A stretch of 64,000 nucleotides of DNA, taken from the NCBI GenBank assembly GCA_950097015.1, contig CATNEN010000024.1, positions 5,456,001 to 5,520,000 of the forward strand. The letters are read 5' to 3'. Below, piece by piece: positions 26,787 to 40,135 of the stretch. The stretch comes from Macrostomum hystrix. Its lineage: Eukaryota; Animalia; Platyhelminthes. The translations under genes were made by a program, and so were the position numbers. Under the pieces are notes generated by a model. It was not told the DNA's origin. It saw only the letters and a list, made by a program, of their open reading frames with translations, and searched no databases. Each line of letters starts with the position of its first letter. Position 1 is the first letter of the stretch.

Positions 26787-29222
26787 GTCACTCCCAGCAT
26801 CATCACTCCCAGCATAATCACTCCCAGCATCATCACTCCCAGCATCATTACTCCCTGCATCATCACTCCCAGCATCATCACTCCCAGCATAATCACTCCC
26901 AGCATCATCACTCCCAGCATCATCACTCCCAGCATCATCACTCCCAGCATCATTACTCCCTGCATCATCACTCCCAGCATCATCACTCCCAGCATCATCA
27001 CTCCCAGCATCATCACTCCCAGCATCATCACTCCCAGCATCATCACTCCCAGCATCATCACTCCCAGCATAATCACTCCCAGCATCATCACTCCCAGCAT
27101 CATTACTCCCTGCATCATCACTCCCAGCATCATCACTCCCAGCATAATCACTCCCAGCATCATCACTCCCAGCATCATTACTCCCTGCATCATCACTCCC
27201 AGCATCATCACTCCCAGCATCATCACTCCCAGCATCATCACTCCCAGCATAATCACTCCCAGCATCATTACTCCCTGCATCATCACTCCCAGCATCATCA
27301 CTCCCAGCATCATCACTCCCAGCATCATCACTCCCAGCATCATCACTCCCAGCATAATCACTCCCAGCATCATCACTCCCAGCATAATCACTCCCAGCAT
27401 CATCACTCCCAGCATAATCACTCCCAGCATCATCACTCCCAGCATAATCACTCCCAGCATCATCACTCCCAGCATAATCACTCCCAGCATCATCACTCCC
27501 AGCATAATCACTCCCAGCATCATCACTCCCAGCATCATCACTCCCAGCATCATCACTCCCAGCATCATTACTCCCAGCATCATCACTCCCAGCATCATCA
27601 CTCCCAGCATCATCACTCCCAGCATCATCACTCCCAGCATCATCACTCCCAGCATCATTACTCCCTGCATCATCACTCCCAGCATCATCACTCCCAGCAT
27701 CATCACTCCCAGCATCATCACTCCCAGCATCATCACTCCCAGCATCATCACTCCCAGCATCATCACTCCCAGCATCATCACTCCCAGCATCATCACTCCC
27801 AGCATAATCACTCCCAGCATCATTACTCCCAGCATCATTACTCCCTGCATCATCACTCCCAGCATCATCACTCCCAGCATCATCACTCCCAGCATCATCA
27901 CTCCCAGCATCATCACTCCCAGCATCATCACTCCCAGCATCATCACTCCCAGCATAATCACTCCCAGCATCATTACTCCCTGCATCATCACTCCCAGCAT
28001 CATCACTCCCAGCATCATCACTCCCAGCATCATTACTCCCAGCATCATCACTCCCAGCATCATCACTCCCAGCATAATCACTCCCAGCATCATTACTCCC
28101 AGCATCATTACTCCCTGCATCATCACTCCCAGCATCATCACTCCCAGCATCATCACTCCCAGCATAATCACTCCCAGCATCATTACTCCCTGCATCATCA
28201 CTCCCAGCATCATCACTCCCAGCATCATCACTCCCAGCATCATTACTCCCAGCATCATCACTCCCAGCATCATCACTCCCAGCATAATCACTCCCAGCAT
28301 CATTACTCCCAGCATCATTACTCCCTGCATCATCACTCCCAGCATCATCACTCCCAGCATAATCACTCCCAGCATCATTACTCCCTGCATCATCACTCCC
28401 AGCATCATCACTCCCAGCATAATCACTCCCAGCATCATCACTCCCAGCATCATCACTCCCAGCATCATCACTCCCAGCATCATCACTCCCAGCATCATCA
28501 CTCCCAGCATTATCACTCCCATCACTCCCAGCATCATCACTCCCAGCATCATCACTCCCAGCATCATCACTCCCAGCATCATCACTCCCAGCATTATCAC
28601 TCCCATCACTCCCAGCATCATCACTCCCAGCATCATCACTCCCAGCATCATCACTCCCAGCATCATCACTCCCAGCATCATCACTCCCAGCATCATCACT
28701 CCCAGCATCATTACTCCCAGCATCATCACTCCCAGCATCATCACTCCCAGCATAATCACTCCCAGCATCATTACTCCCAGCATCATTACTCCCTGCATCA
28801 TCACTCCCAGCATCATCACTCCCAGCATAATCACTCCCAGCATCATCACTCCCAGCATCATCACTCCCAGCATCATCACTCCCAGCATCATCACTCCCAG
28901 CATCATCACTCCCAGCATTATCACTCCCATCACTCCCAGCATCATCACTCCCAGCATCATCACTCCCAGCATCATCACTCCCAGCATCATCACTCCCAGC
29001 ATCATCACTCCCAGCATCATCACTCCCAGCATCATCACTCCCAGCATCATCACTCCCAGCATCATCACTCCCAGCATCATCACTCCCAGCATCATTACTC
29101 CCTGCATCACTCCCAGCATTATCACTCCCATCACTCCCAGCATCATCACTCCCAGCATCATCACTCCCAGCATCATTACTCCCTGCATCATTACTCCCTG
29201 CATCACTCCCAGCATTATAACT
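26787..29222. repeat. 15-bp minisatellite (catcactcccagcat), ~2.4 kb
   Basis: ~160 units, with 9- and 12-bp variants. Confidence 0.98.
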
Positions 29223-29269
29223 CCAGAATCACTCATATCATCACCACCAGCATCATCACTTCAATGAGC

Positions 29270-30195
29270 AGGCCCCACAGAAGCAGCAACAGCACGACGA
29301 GCAGGCAAAATGGAAGCAGCAACAGCTCGCACCACGGGCATGCACAACAGAAGCAGCAACAGCACGACGGGCAGGCACAACAGAAGCAGCAACAGCTCGC
29401 ACCACGGGCATGCACAACAGAAGCAGCAACAGCACCACGGGCAGGCACAACAGAAGCAGCAACAGCACGACGGGCAGGCACAACAGAAGCAGCAACAGCA
29501 CCCCGGGCATGCACAACAGAAGCAGCAACAGCACGACGGGCAGGCACAACAGAAGCAGCAACAGCACCACGGGCATGCACAACAGAAGCAGGAACAGCAC
29601 CACGGGCATGCACAACAGAAGCAGGAACAGCACCACGGGCAGGCACAACAGAAGCAGCAACAGCACCACGGGCATGCACAACAGAAGCAGGAACAGCACC
29701 ACGGGCATGCACAACAGAAGCAGGAACAGCACCACGGGCAGGCACAACAGAAGCAGCAACAGCACGACGGGCAGGCACAACAGAAGCAGCAACAGCACCA
29801 CGGGCATGCACAACAGAAGCAGGAACAGCACCACGGGCATGCACAACAGAAGCAGCAACAGCACGACGGGCAGGCACAACAGAAGCAGCAACAGCACCAC
29901 GGGCATGCACAACAGAAGCAGGAACAGCACCACGGGCATGCACAACAGAAGCAGCAACAGCACGACGGGCAGGCACAACAGAAGCAGCAACAGCACCACG
30001 GGCATGCACAACAGAAGCAGGAACAGCACCCCGGGCAGGCACAACAGAAGCAGCAACAGCACCACGGGCAGGTACAACAGAAGCAGCAACAGCACCCCGG
30101 GCAGGCACAACAGAAGCAGCAACAGCACGACGAGCAGGCAAAATAGAAGCAGCAACAGCACCACGGGCAGGCACAACAGAAGCAGCAACAGCAAC
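29270..30195. repeat. 33-bp minisatellite
   Basis: cacgggcaggcacaacagaagcagcaacagcac, ~27 copies. Confidence 0.97.
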
Positions 30196-32670
30196 TCGAG
30201 TGGATCTTACGACAGCAGATTTATGATAATTGCAGTTTTCTTACTTTTCGAATAAGAAGATTTTGACTTACCGACAATTTTACGCTGATAATACAGCCAG
30301 ACAACTCGACGGTTTTCAATAGTGTAATTCTTTGCTGAAAGCTTGCTCAGAATTTGCCCGCAAGCACCATAGGGACAGCGAAATGATTTGCGAAGGCACT
30401 CATCACTATAGTCTTCAAAATATTCAGGCGACAGTTAAAAAAATATATGCTTCGATTGTGGGTTGCTTTGCAAATAAAGAAAATTGAAAATTTAGCAATA
30501 ATGATGCGAAGACTGAAAATCATGGTTAAAAATATATGAATATACTAGCAGACGATTGAAGTCTGCTTTCCTGAAGGCTTTATACTCGAAAATTTATGCA
30601 TGGGTTGTTCGGATAGGGATATGAGATAGCAAGCAAGAAGCAGATAAAGCAGCTGATTGGATATAGTCCAGCTACTGGGGTAAAACAGATCGAGCATGGT
30701 ACAGACCCCAGGAAACTTATTTTGTCAGGCATTAGCGATAAAACATAAGGACAAAACACAATAAATAAATGCAATAGAGGATACGCAGTCGTCACTATAA
30801 AATACGAAGCAACATGCACACACGAGGCTTGAGATCTCAACACTCAACTTCAAACGCTAAAGCCTCAAAAGCCGACAAACATAAGGAGGCATTAGTACTT
30901 CAAAGAATAAAAATACAAATAGCAATAAGCATGCAGATCCCACATGCAAAAATGGAGACCCATGTGCACGACAAAGCAAAAATATTACCCTGTATTACCA
31001 ATTGCGCATTACATCCCGACACGTTACGCAACTCTACGCTAACAATACGCAGGCATCTCAGAGTGAGGGTGTTGTGTTGTGCCCACTTTTAAAATGGGAG
31101 ATATCAGGGTGGGGGGGACTCGAGGGTCTACAACTCCGAGACGCGACTAGTCAGGGCTCTGAAATTTTACAGTCGTGTTCACAGATGAGCGCAAAATCCT
31201 GCGAGGCGCAAAAGTATAGAGGTTATATTTTTAGTTTTGTTTGCTGAAGTTTACGATGATTATAAAACTAAGAAATAATACAAACACATTCAGTGAGGTG
31301 AGTTTTGAGTTGAGATTTTAGTAGTTGTGATTTTTAATAAACCGCTCTTTTTATTCGTTTACTGCTTGGTCGATTATCAAATTCGTTTTATTTTATGAAC
31401 AATTTTGATTCGAAAACTTTTTGTGAAAATTAACGGTTTTTGTGTGTGTTGTGCGCAAGTCCGTCGATATTTTTCCGCAAAAATGATATTCTCGGACCGA
31501 TACATTGGCTATAACATGACTTTTTTTCTGGTAATGGTTCTGGTACTGGTTCTGGTACTGGAATTATAGACGTCTATCTACATCGTAGGCTTTAGCCATA
31601 GTCTATTGACATTAGAATATTATAACTATTGGATAGTTCAATGTACAAAGAACTAGCTTAAAAACTACAGAAACAAATGACAGAGGGTGAGATATCACTG
31701 ATCTAAGTGCTACAGACATAAAATAAATTTGACTAGGGATAGGCAAAGTTAAAAAAGAGCATCAGAATTGCGTTTCACAAGTGAGTCCAAATCTAATTCA
31801 AGACGCTGAATTAAAATGAAAGCTAGGAACACATGAACAAAAGAGACAATCTTAATTTTCCTTTAATTTAAAATCATCTGATTATAAGTGAAAATTGAAA
31901 TTCTAAAATATAAAAATGAAAACTTTAAACTTTTTAATGGCTAACTGCATAAATAACGAGATCTTTTACGTATGCAAAAAAGGTTTGTTTTAGTTTAATC
32001 TCTTAGTACATTATTTTAAAGACGGTTCCTCCTTAGAAACACAGTCAAGTTTTTGTTCTGTCTATCTTTTAGTACCTAAATGTTAAAATAAATGATTACA
32101 TTTTGTAAAAAAGTTGGGAGGCAAATCATAACACTTCGAAGTATCATTACATTTTTAGTCGAATGATCGTTTGTTGAATATTTTGCAAGTATGCTTTAAA
32201 TTTTAAAGATATTTAGAATATGTATACATACATTTATGCATGAACCAAAGTAGCTCTTATTAGGTTCATTGGTTCATCATATATATTCTAACCATTCTAT
32301 TAATCTATTGTATAATGCTATATCTATGTATCTACTAGCCTTTATGCTAGCCTGTATATATGCTAGCCTCGGGTCCTTTTTATGAGAAATATTTAATGGT
32401 AAGCTTAATATTTGATTCATTAGTGGTTCTGCTTGTGTTGGTATATGTTTTATATATGAGAAGTGGCTCATAATTGCTATTGCTTTAAACTAACGCCATT
32501 TAAAAGTAGGAAACAAAAAATATGTAGTAAATAACGAATAAGTAAATATTTATTAGTCAAAGTCTTATTGAAGTTTTATTAACTTGTATGTCATTCTAAA
32601 AATCATGAATAGCTAATTTGTAATTTTTTTCCTTGTTTTCAGAGTGGTGAATAACTTTAAACAGTCCCAA

Positions 32671-35600
32671 ATGACCACATATCATGATGCTACTAATCTT
32701 ATTGCCCTCTTGCATTCATCTGATATTCAAACAGTTAGGGAAACTGAGTCTTATCTACGAGAACATCTACAAATTGGTAGGTTGGTGTGTTGAATATATC
32801 TAGTATTGACAAGTGGCATCAGTGTTTACCAATAAAACATTCTCAAATTTCCCATTTTAGGCAAGGACTGCAGTGGTCTCATCTATGCCCTAGTTGATGA
32901 TTACATTGCTACTCAAGATGAGTGCACACTGTCACTGCTAGAATTAGTTGAAGATCCACTTGATAAGGTTGGTACTACTTACTGCTTCTGTTGATCCACT
33001 TAAGAACTAAGATCAGCAGAATCTGTCCATAAAAGTACAGAGTAAGCAGAATCGGTCGAAAAAAGTACAGAGTAAGCAGAATCGGTCCAAAAAAGTACAG
33101 AGTAAGCAGAATCGGTCCATAAAAGTACAGGGTCAGACAAATCGACCCAACTCTAGTGTAAATCAAATATTAATTTGAAAATCTGTAGGATTTTGCTGAA
33201 CAAAAGCAGTCTCATTAAGCCTTGACCTCTCCAATCACAGGACCTGTCGGACCGACTCACCGAGCACCTGAAGGCTGACGCCTCTCGTGTGCCAGCTGCG
33301 AACCTGCTAGGCCGCCTGATCCAACGCCAGCCGCTGTGGCTGCCTTCAATCTTTACCAGCGGCCTTTTTCAGGCCCTGCTAAAATTGCTATTAAAGACCG
33401 AGCCACTTGCTGACCTGCCGTTGACAATCAGCGGCGCCCTGTTGCTGTGCACTCTGGTACCCCTGGCTGGCAGCGGCCTGACCTCCCACCTGGCTGACAT
33501 CTGCTGCCTGCTAGTACGGATGGCGTCCGCGGCCAGTAAGCGAGCGGGCGGTGGCAGCGGAGGCGACTCCTCGCAGATTGCGGCGCCAGGACTAGTTGGA
33601 AGCAACGCGTCCGACGATCTGCCATTGTTACACCTGCACGCGACCGTTTACGCTCTGTTTAATCGATTATACGCCGTGTTTCCTAACTATTTGCTGGACT
33701 ATTTGCGCTCTCAGCTGCGCAAGAATGGCCGCGAGTTTGCTCCGCTATTCAATTCGATGTTTCGCGACCTTCTAGGCCGGGTCCGGTTGCATCCGCTGCT
33801 GGTGGCCGGCAGCAAGGAGGCCGAGCTGCAGGCCCAGAGATGGCGCCGCGTCACCTCAGCTGATCTGCTGCTGGAGTGCGGCCGCTACTGCCTGGACTTG
33901 GTGGAGACCACGGCTGGAGAGGCCGGCATTCAGCTAGCTGCCACCTGCAGTCAGTCGCAGATAGAGCAGCATCGACAGCAGCAGCGCCAGTCACAATCTG
34001 GCGAGGCGCCCGAACTCCTGGCTTCGTCGTCTGAGGCGAGTCGCGCTCTCGGTCACAGCCAGTCTCAGCAGTTGCAGGCATCTTCCACTTCGGATGCCGC
34101 TGCGGCTACGGCTCCTGCGGCATCGGACACAGACGGTCAGGATGAGCAGCTGATGCTTCAGCAGGCAAGCGCCTTCATTGATGTCTGTTCTGTGTATGCT
34201 AGGAGCAACTCCCAGGATACGAGTACCATGTTTCTCTAGCTTAGCACTCTTTATGATGCTTTAGCTTCTCTAAGCACCCTAAATATTCCCCAGGTTTCCC
34301 CAGCACCCTCAAAGATCACCAGGTTTCCACAGCACCCTCAAAGATCCCTAGGTTTCCACAGCACCCTCAAAGATCCCCAGGTATCCCCAGCACCCTCAAA
34401 GATCCCCAGGTTTCCACAGCACCCTCAAAGATCCCCAGGTTTCCCCAGCACCCTCAAAGATCCCCAGGTTTCCCCAGCACCCTGAAAGATCCCCAGGTAT
34501 CCCCAGCACCCTCAAAGATCCCCAGGTTTCCCCAGCACCCTCAAAGATCCCCAGGTTTCCCCAGCACCCTCAAAGATCCCCAGGTATCCCCAGCACCCTC
34601 AAAGATCCCCAGGTTTCCACAGCACCCTCAAAGATCCCCAGGTTTCCCCAGCACCCTCAAAGATCCCCAGGTTTCCCCAGCACCCTCAAAGATCCCCAGG
34701 TTTCCCCAGCACCCTCAAAGATCCCCAGGTTTCCCCAGCACCCTTAAAAATCCCCAGGTTATCTCAAATGCTAAACGTTACCGATCTCCATCCGCAGGTG
34801 CTACCAGAGGACGGCAACTTTCCGTCTAAGGACTCATTCCTGTGCTCCAGCCTGGTTCGCCGAGTCCGCACACGGCTGTATACCCACCAGCCAGGCTCTG
34901 GCGCTGACCATGGTCTCCTTTCCGATCTAGCCGATGCCGGTGCTCCGCTGTCGCCGCTGGCTTCGGCGTCAGCTTCGAAATCTGGTGGACGCTTTTGGCT
35001 GCGCCAGTTTCAACTGCAGCAGCAGCACCAGCTGGAGCATCACCAATTGGATCGGCAGCATCATCTCCAGCTGCCGCTGCCCGGTCTTCGAAGTCGCTCT
35101 TTGAGCTCGCCCGCTCTGCTGGATCTGAGGCAACTGGTACTGCAGCAGCAGGAGCAGCAGCAGCAAACTCAAGTGCATCTAATTGATAAGGACTCCAACA
35201 AGAATACCGTGCCAGGCGCCACTGCCAACAGAGCTTCTAGTTCAAAGTCCAATGCAAAAGATGAATCAAGTGACCAGGTTAATAATGGGGGGCTATAACA
35301 TTCCATAGTAGAGAGCGGCATTTTATGAGGCTTTAGAGAACTGGCTTTGCAGTATTGCACTAATAGCCTCCGAGTTCCTGTTATCAATAACCGACACGGC
35401 AACCAATACGCAGATTAGCAAGGCCGGCCGTAGTCCCAACCGTACGGGCCGTTGTCTGCAGCTTCAGCCTCCGCCAGAAGTGATCGGCCGCGACAGTCAA
35501 TCCTACGCCGAGCTGTTCCTGTCGGCCCTGCCGATGTTTCCGCTGGCCAAGTGCCCGGAGTGTGGGCACGTGTCCGCCGGGCCCCACCTGTACTGCCAGC

Positions 35601-37994
35601 CCGCCGCCACCTGCTGCCAACCATTGCCGCAGTGCCTCAGCCTGGCGCCGTCCGATCTCATGGACGCCGCCGTGATCTGTTCGGCGGAGCTGCATCGCTT
35701 GTTCCTGGAGCAGCGGCTGGAGCAGCAGCAGGCGGCGTCCACCGGGGTTAAGGTGAGATTTCTGGCAGCCGAGACATCCTAAAAAACTTGAAAGTGTCAG
35801 GGAATAGCCCCAGGAAATCTATTTGCTTGCAATGAGAAGCAAATACTATCACTGGCCAGATGGAAACGGTACAGCAAAATGCGGCATTGTAGACTCGTTT
35901 CAACGCCTCGACAACTTAAACGCTTCTTCATAAAATTAAACACACACTTCTTCATCAACTCAAACGATTCTGAATCGACTCAAACGATTTTTTGCAACCG
36001 GATTTACGCACGCTTCAAGAACCACTCTAGACGCCATAATTGTTTATTTTTGGGTAGACAAGGGGTACTCTGGAATTTCAATGGAAAGATCCATTGGAAT
36101 AGGAGCTAACAATGGGCAGCTTCTACAGGAAAGAAGCAAAATAATTAGATTATAAGTCAACCATATCACACAGCAACAGCAGCAGCAGCAGCAAAATCAT
36201 CCAGTTCAGAGGGTGCCACAAGCCAGCATCGCCGAGCAGCAGCTGAGAGCCCAGCTTCTGCAATCCCGCTGCCTCCTCATGTACGAGCGACACCGCCGAG
36301 AGTTGCACGCGCAGCGAAACCGCCGCCTGCTGGCTCGCCTGGTTCGCCTGCGCAGCCTTGAAGCCGAAGCCGAGGACGCGCGACGCTACGGCCGGTCGAA
36401 GATTCTGCAGCGCGTTGACGAACTCGAGAGCTGCCTGTTAAACGAGCGCGCCGAATGGCAACGCGAACGCGCCGAACTAATCAACGATGCTCAGGCAGCG
36501 CGCCGGCTTGCCGACGAGCGGGCGCGCGAACTGGTGGCAGCGCGCGAAGAGGCCCGCTCGGCTAGCCAGCTGGGCCAGGAGCTGCGCCGCCTTCTGGGCG
36601 AAGAGCGGAACCAGCGTATGCGGGCACAGGCCAGGCTGGAGGACGCCGAGCTCGAGCTGCTGGCTTCGAAGGACGACTGCCAGGTTTGGCTCATTTGTCT
36701 TTTGGAATCTGGAGCTGGCATTGGCAATACCTATCATCGGATGCTACAGTTAGCTCCTGTTGTTCTGGCTGGGGTATCCCCTCCTCCTCGCCTGTACCAG
36801 TTGTTCTGGCTGGGGTATCCCTCCTCCTCACCTGTACCAGTTGTTCTGGCTGGGGTATCCCTCCTCCTCACCTGTACCAGTTGTTCTGGCTGGGGTATCC
36901 TGTCCCCCCACACCTGGACCAGTTGTTTTGGCTGAGGTATCCTGTCCCCCCACACCTGGACCAGTTGTTTTGGCTGAGGTATCCTGTCCCCCCACACCTG
37001 TACCAGTTGTTTTGGCTGAGGTATCCTGTCCCCCCACACCTGTTCCAGTTGTTTTGGCTGGGGTATCCTGTCCCCCACACCTGTACCAGTTGTTTTGGCT
37101 GAGGTATCCTGTACCCCCACACCTGGACCAGTTGTTTTGGCTGAGGTATCCTGTCTCACACACCTGTGCCAGTTGTTTTGGCTGAGGTATCCTGTCCCCC
37201 CACACCTGTTCCAGTTGTTTTGGCTGGGGTATCCTGTCCCCCACACCTGTACCAGTTGTTTTGGCTGAGGTATCCTGTACCCCCACACCTGGACCAGTTG
37301 TTTTGGCTGAGGTATCCTCTCTCACACACCTGTGCCAGTTGTTTTGGCTGAGGTATCCTGTCCCCCCACACCTGTTCCACAGGTACGTCACATCAAAACT
37401 TTTCTAGTTTTCTAGGTTGTAGTTTTGCCGCCTTTTCCCAAATCATAAGCTAATTTGAAATTAGCTGCTATGCTCTTCCTGCAAACATTTGTTTCCTTTA
37501 TCCCGAATGCTCCTCAGTCTGCTGACTCGGCTGGCAGGCACCTGCTGGAAGCTCAGCGCCGTCTTCTAGTGCTGGGCGACCTTCTGGCCCGCTCCGAGAC
37601 CAACCTGCGCCAGCGGGAGGCCCAACTAGACGAGTTGCGGTTCCTGCGCGTGCATACTAACCGTTTGGAGACGCACTCTGTTGCTATGGAAGCAGAACTA
37701 GAAGAGCAGCGACAATTGTTGTCGTCCTTAATGTCGGAAGAAGTCACCCGGCCTCAGCCAAGTCAGTCAGCTGCTTGTTACGCCCAGATTGCCGACAGTG
37801 CCCCAGAGCTCGCCCAGCTCAGGCAGGAGAACGCCGAGCTCAAGCGACGCCTGGCTGCTCGCGATCTCGACGCCGACCTGCTGGCAGTCAGCCGCATTGC
37901 CGGCCCGGCAGCCTCAGACTGCAGCTGCTGCCCGCTGGTGCGCATGACCAACTCGATGGGCTGCGGCGCCGCGTCACCGGTCAATTTTGGCTGA
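32671..37994 (+). CDS. TSC1: Hamartin; exons 32671-32776, 32861-32967, 33241-34164, 34798-35277, 35414-35752, 36174-36683, 37518-37994 (~980 aa)
   Basis: LHLHATVYALFNRLY, VRLHPLLVAGSKEAEL...RW, LLMYERHRRELHAQRNRRLL match hamartin conserved blocks, with a C-terminal coiled coil. All junctions are phase-compatible; the exon-3 donor is uncertain (GC). Confidence 0.92.
33020..33135. repeat. Short 29-bp intronic repeat (TSC1 intron 2)
   Basis: aaaaagtacagagtaagcagaatcggtcc, ~4 copies. Confidence 0.85.
34285..34760. repeat. 29-bp intronic minisatellite (TSC1 intron 3)
   Basis: ccccaggt(t/a)tccccagcaccctcaaagat, ~16 copies. Confidence 0.96.
36765..37378. repeat. ~40-bp intronic minisatellite (TSC1 intron 6)
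   Basis: cacctgtaccagttgttttggctgaggtatcctgtcccccca variants. Confidence 0.95.
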
Positions 37995-38682
37995 GGTACA
38001 CCAACCAATCAGATTGCTTGAACATCAGCGATTGCTCACGGACAATGAGAATGGAGCTGCTTGCTGAGTCTGTGATTTTGCGAACTGCATCATCTCTGCC
38101 ACCAGCTAGTCTGTTTACTTGGTTGCGGTTTTAAAGTTTTCATATTATTTTCATACTACTGTATAGTAGTGCTTAAATTATGCGGGCCAGATTTATAGCC
38201 AGTGGCAGCTATTGCGTGGCGCTTCACAGGATCGTGTACAGCTGTTGTTCAGTCCATGGACTGGGGAGGCCGCCACATTCATCGAGGTTTCTATTCTAGT
38301 TTGAAATTTTGTATGCTGCTGGCTCTTTTTCTAATTATTTCTGTCCTCTCTTTTTTTCAATTTTGTTTTTTTGGACGACTAAGATCGGCGAGACTCAACT
38401 AAGTGAATAGGAGTGACGAAGATCATTAAAACCTTATCCGTCTGTCTCTGGTTAATTGTTTTTATCTTGTCTGACACTGTTTGCATTCAGCTGTTTGTAA
38501 TTTAGAATTAATTACTTTTAACTGCCTACTCATCGTTGCCATTTAAGTAGTATTGTTTGTATCTAAAAATTAAACTCTTGTTTAGTTGTTCGTTTGCAAT
38601 CGACTAACTACCGAACGGCTCAACCGTTTTCACAATTCCTTCACCAAAAGATGTCAAATGGGCCCGAATTGGATTATTGAAG

Positions 38683-40135
38683 CATGAATTATCGAGGGAA
38701 AGCATGAATTATCGATGGAAAGCATGAATTATCGATGGAAAGCATGAATTATCGATGGAAAGCATGAATTATCGAGGTAGAAGCATGAATTATCGAGGGA
38801 AAGCATGAATTATCGATGGAAAAGCATGAATTATCGAGGGAAATCATGAATTAGCAACGAGATAGTATGAATTATCGACGGGATACAAAAATTATCGATG
38901 GAAAAGCATGAATTATCGAGGGAAAGCATGAATTATCGATGGAAAAGCATGAATTATCGAGGGAAAGCATGAATTATCGAGGGAAAGCATGAATTAGCAA
39001 CGAGATAGTATGAATTATCGACGGAGTACAAAAATTATCGTGGGAAAAGCATGTGTTATCAACAGCAGAACAGCAAGCATATTCTAGATGTAACACAAAT
39101 TATCTTGGGGGAAGCATGAATTAGCAAGAGGAAGGCATACAATATATACATTATCAAGAGGGTAGCATGATTCATCAACTGGCTTGCATAAATTATCAAG
39201 AGGGTCGCATGATTCATCAACTGGCTTGCATAAATTATCGAGAGGGTCGCATGATTCATCAACTGGCTTGCATAAATTATCGAGAGGGTAGCATGATTCA
39301 TCAACTGGCTTGCATAAATTATCGAGAGGGTAGCATGATTCATCAACTGGCTTGCATAAATTATCGAGAGGGTAGCATGATTCATCAACTGGCTTGCATA
39401 CATTATCAAGAGGGTAGCATGATTCATCAACTGGCTTGCATAAATTATCGAGAGGGTCGCATGATTCATCAACTGGCTTGCATAAATTATCGAGAGGGTC
39501 GCATGAATCATCAACTGTCTTGCATAAATTATCGAGAGGGTAGCATGATTCATCAACTGGCTTGCATAAATTATCGAGAGGGTAGCATGATTCATCAACT
39601 GGCTTGCATAAATTATCGAGAGGGTAGCATGATTCATCAACTGGCTTGCATAAATTATCGAGAGGGTCGCATGATTCATCAACTGGCTTGCATAAATTAT
39701 CGAGAGGGTAGCATGATTCATCAACTGGCTTGCATAAATTATCGAGAGGGTAGCATGATTCATCAACTGGCTTGCATAAATTATCGAGAGGGTCGCATGA
39801 TTCATCAACTGGCTTGCATAAATTATCGAGAGGTTCGCATGATTCATCAACTGGCTTGCATAAATTATCGAGAGGGTAGCATGATTCATCAACTGGCTTG
39901 CATAAATTATCGAGAGGTTCGCATGATTCATCAACTGGCTTGCATAAATTATCGAGAGGGTCGCATGATTCATCAACTGGCTTGCATAAATTATCGAGAG
40001 GGTAGCATGATTCATCAACTGGCTTGCATAAATTATCGAGAGGGTAGCATGATTCATCAACTGGCTTGCATAAATTATCGAGAGGGTAGCATGATTCATC
40101 AACTGGCTTGCATAAATTATCGAGAGGGTAGCATG
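38683..40135. repeat. agcatgaattatcga-type short units (38683-39060) followed by a 42-bp minisatellite (39160-40135)
   Basis: 42-bp unit gcatgattcatcaactggcttgcataaattatcgagagggta, ~23 copies. Confidence 0.96.

Larger units (their letters stand above)
22760..31745. mobile_element. ~9 kb element bounded by ~660-bp inverted arms (Mutator/foldback-like)
   Basis: 22760-23140 plus ~24005-24372 is the reverse complement of 31085-31745, with scattered mismatches. Decayed transposase-like coding region inside. No TSD recognised. Confidence 0.7.

Noticed and set aside
26714-29236. 840-aa (MLGVM)n ORF as a real protein
   Set aside because: It is only the translation of a 15-bp minisatellite; hydrophobic polymer with no domain.
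22760-31745. Polinton/Maverick
   Set aside because: No protein-primed PolB, integrase, ATPase or capsid motifs, and no AGT-repeat termini seen.
36686-37391. Multiple Cys/Trp/Gly-rich ORFs
   Set aside because: Frames of the TSC1 intron-6 minisatellite.
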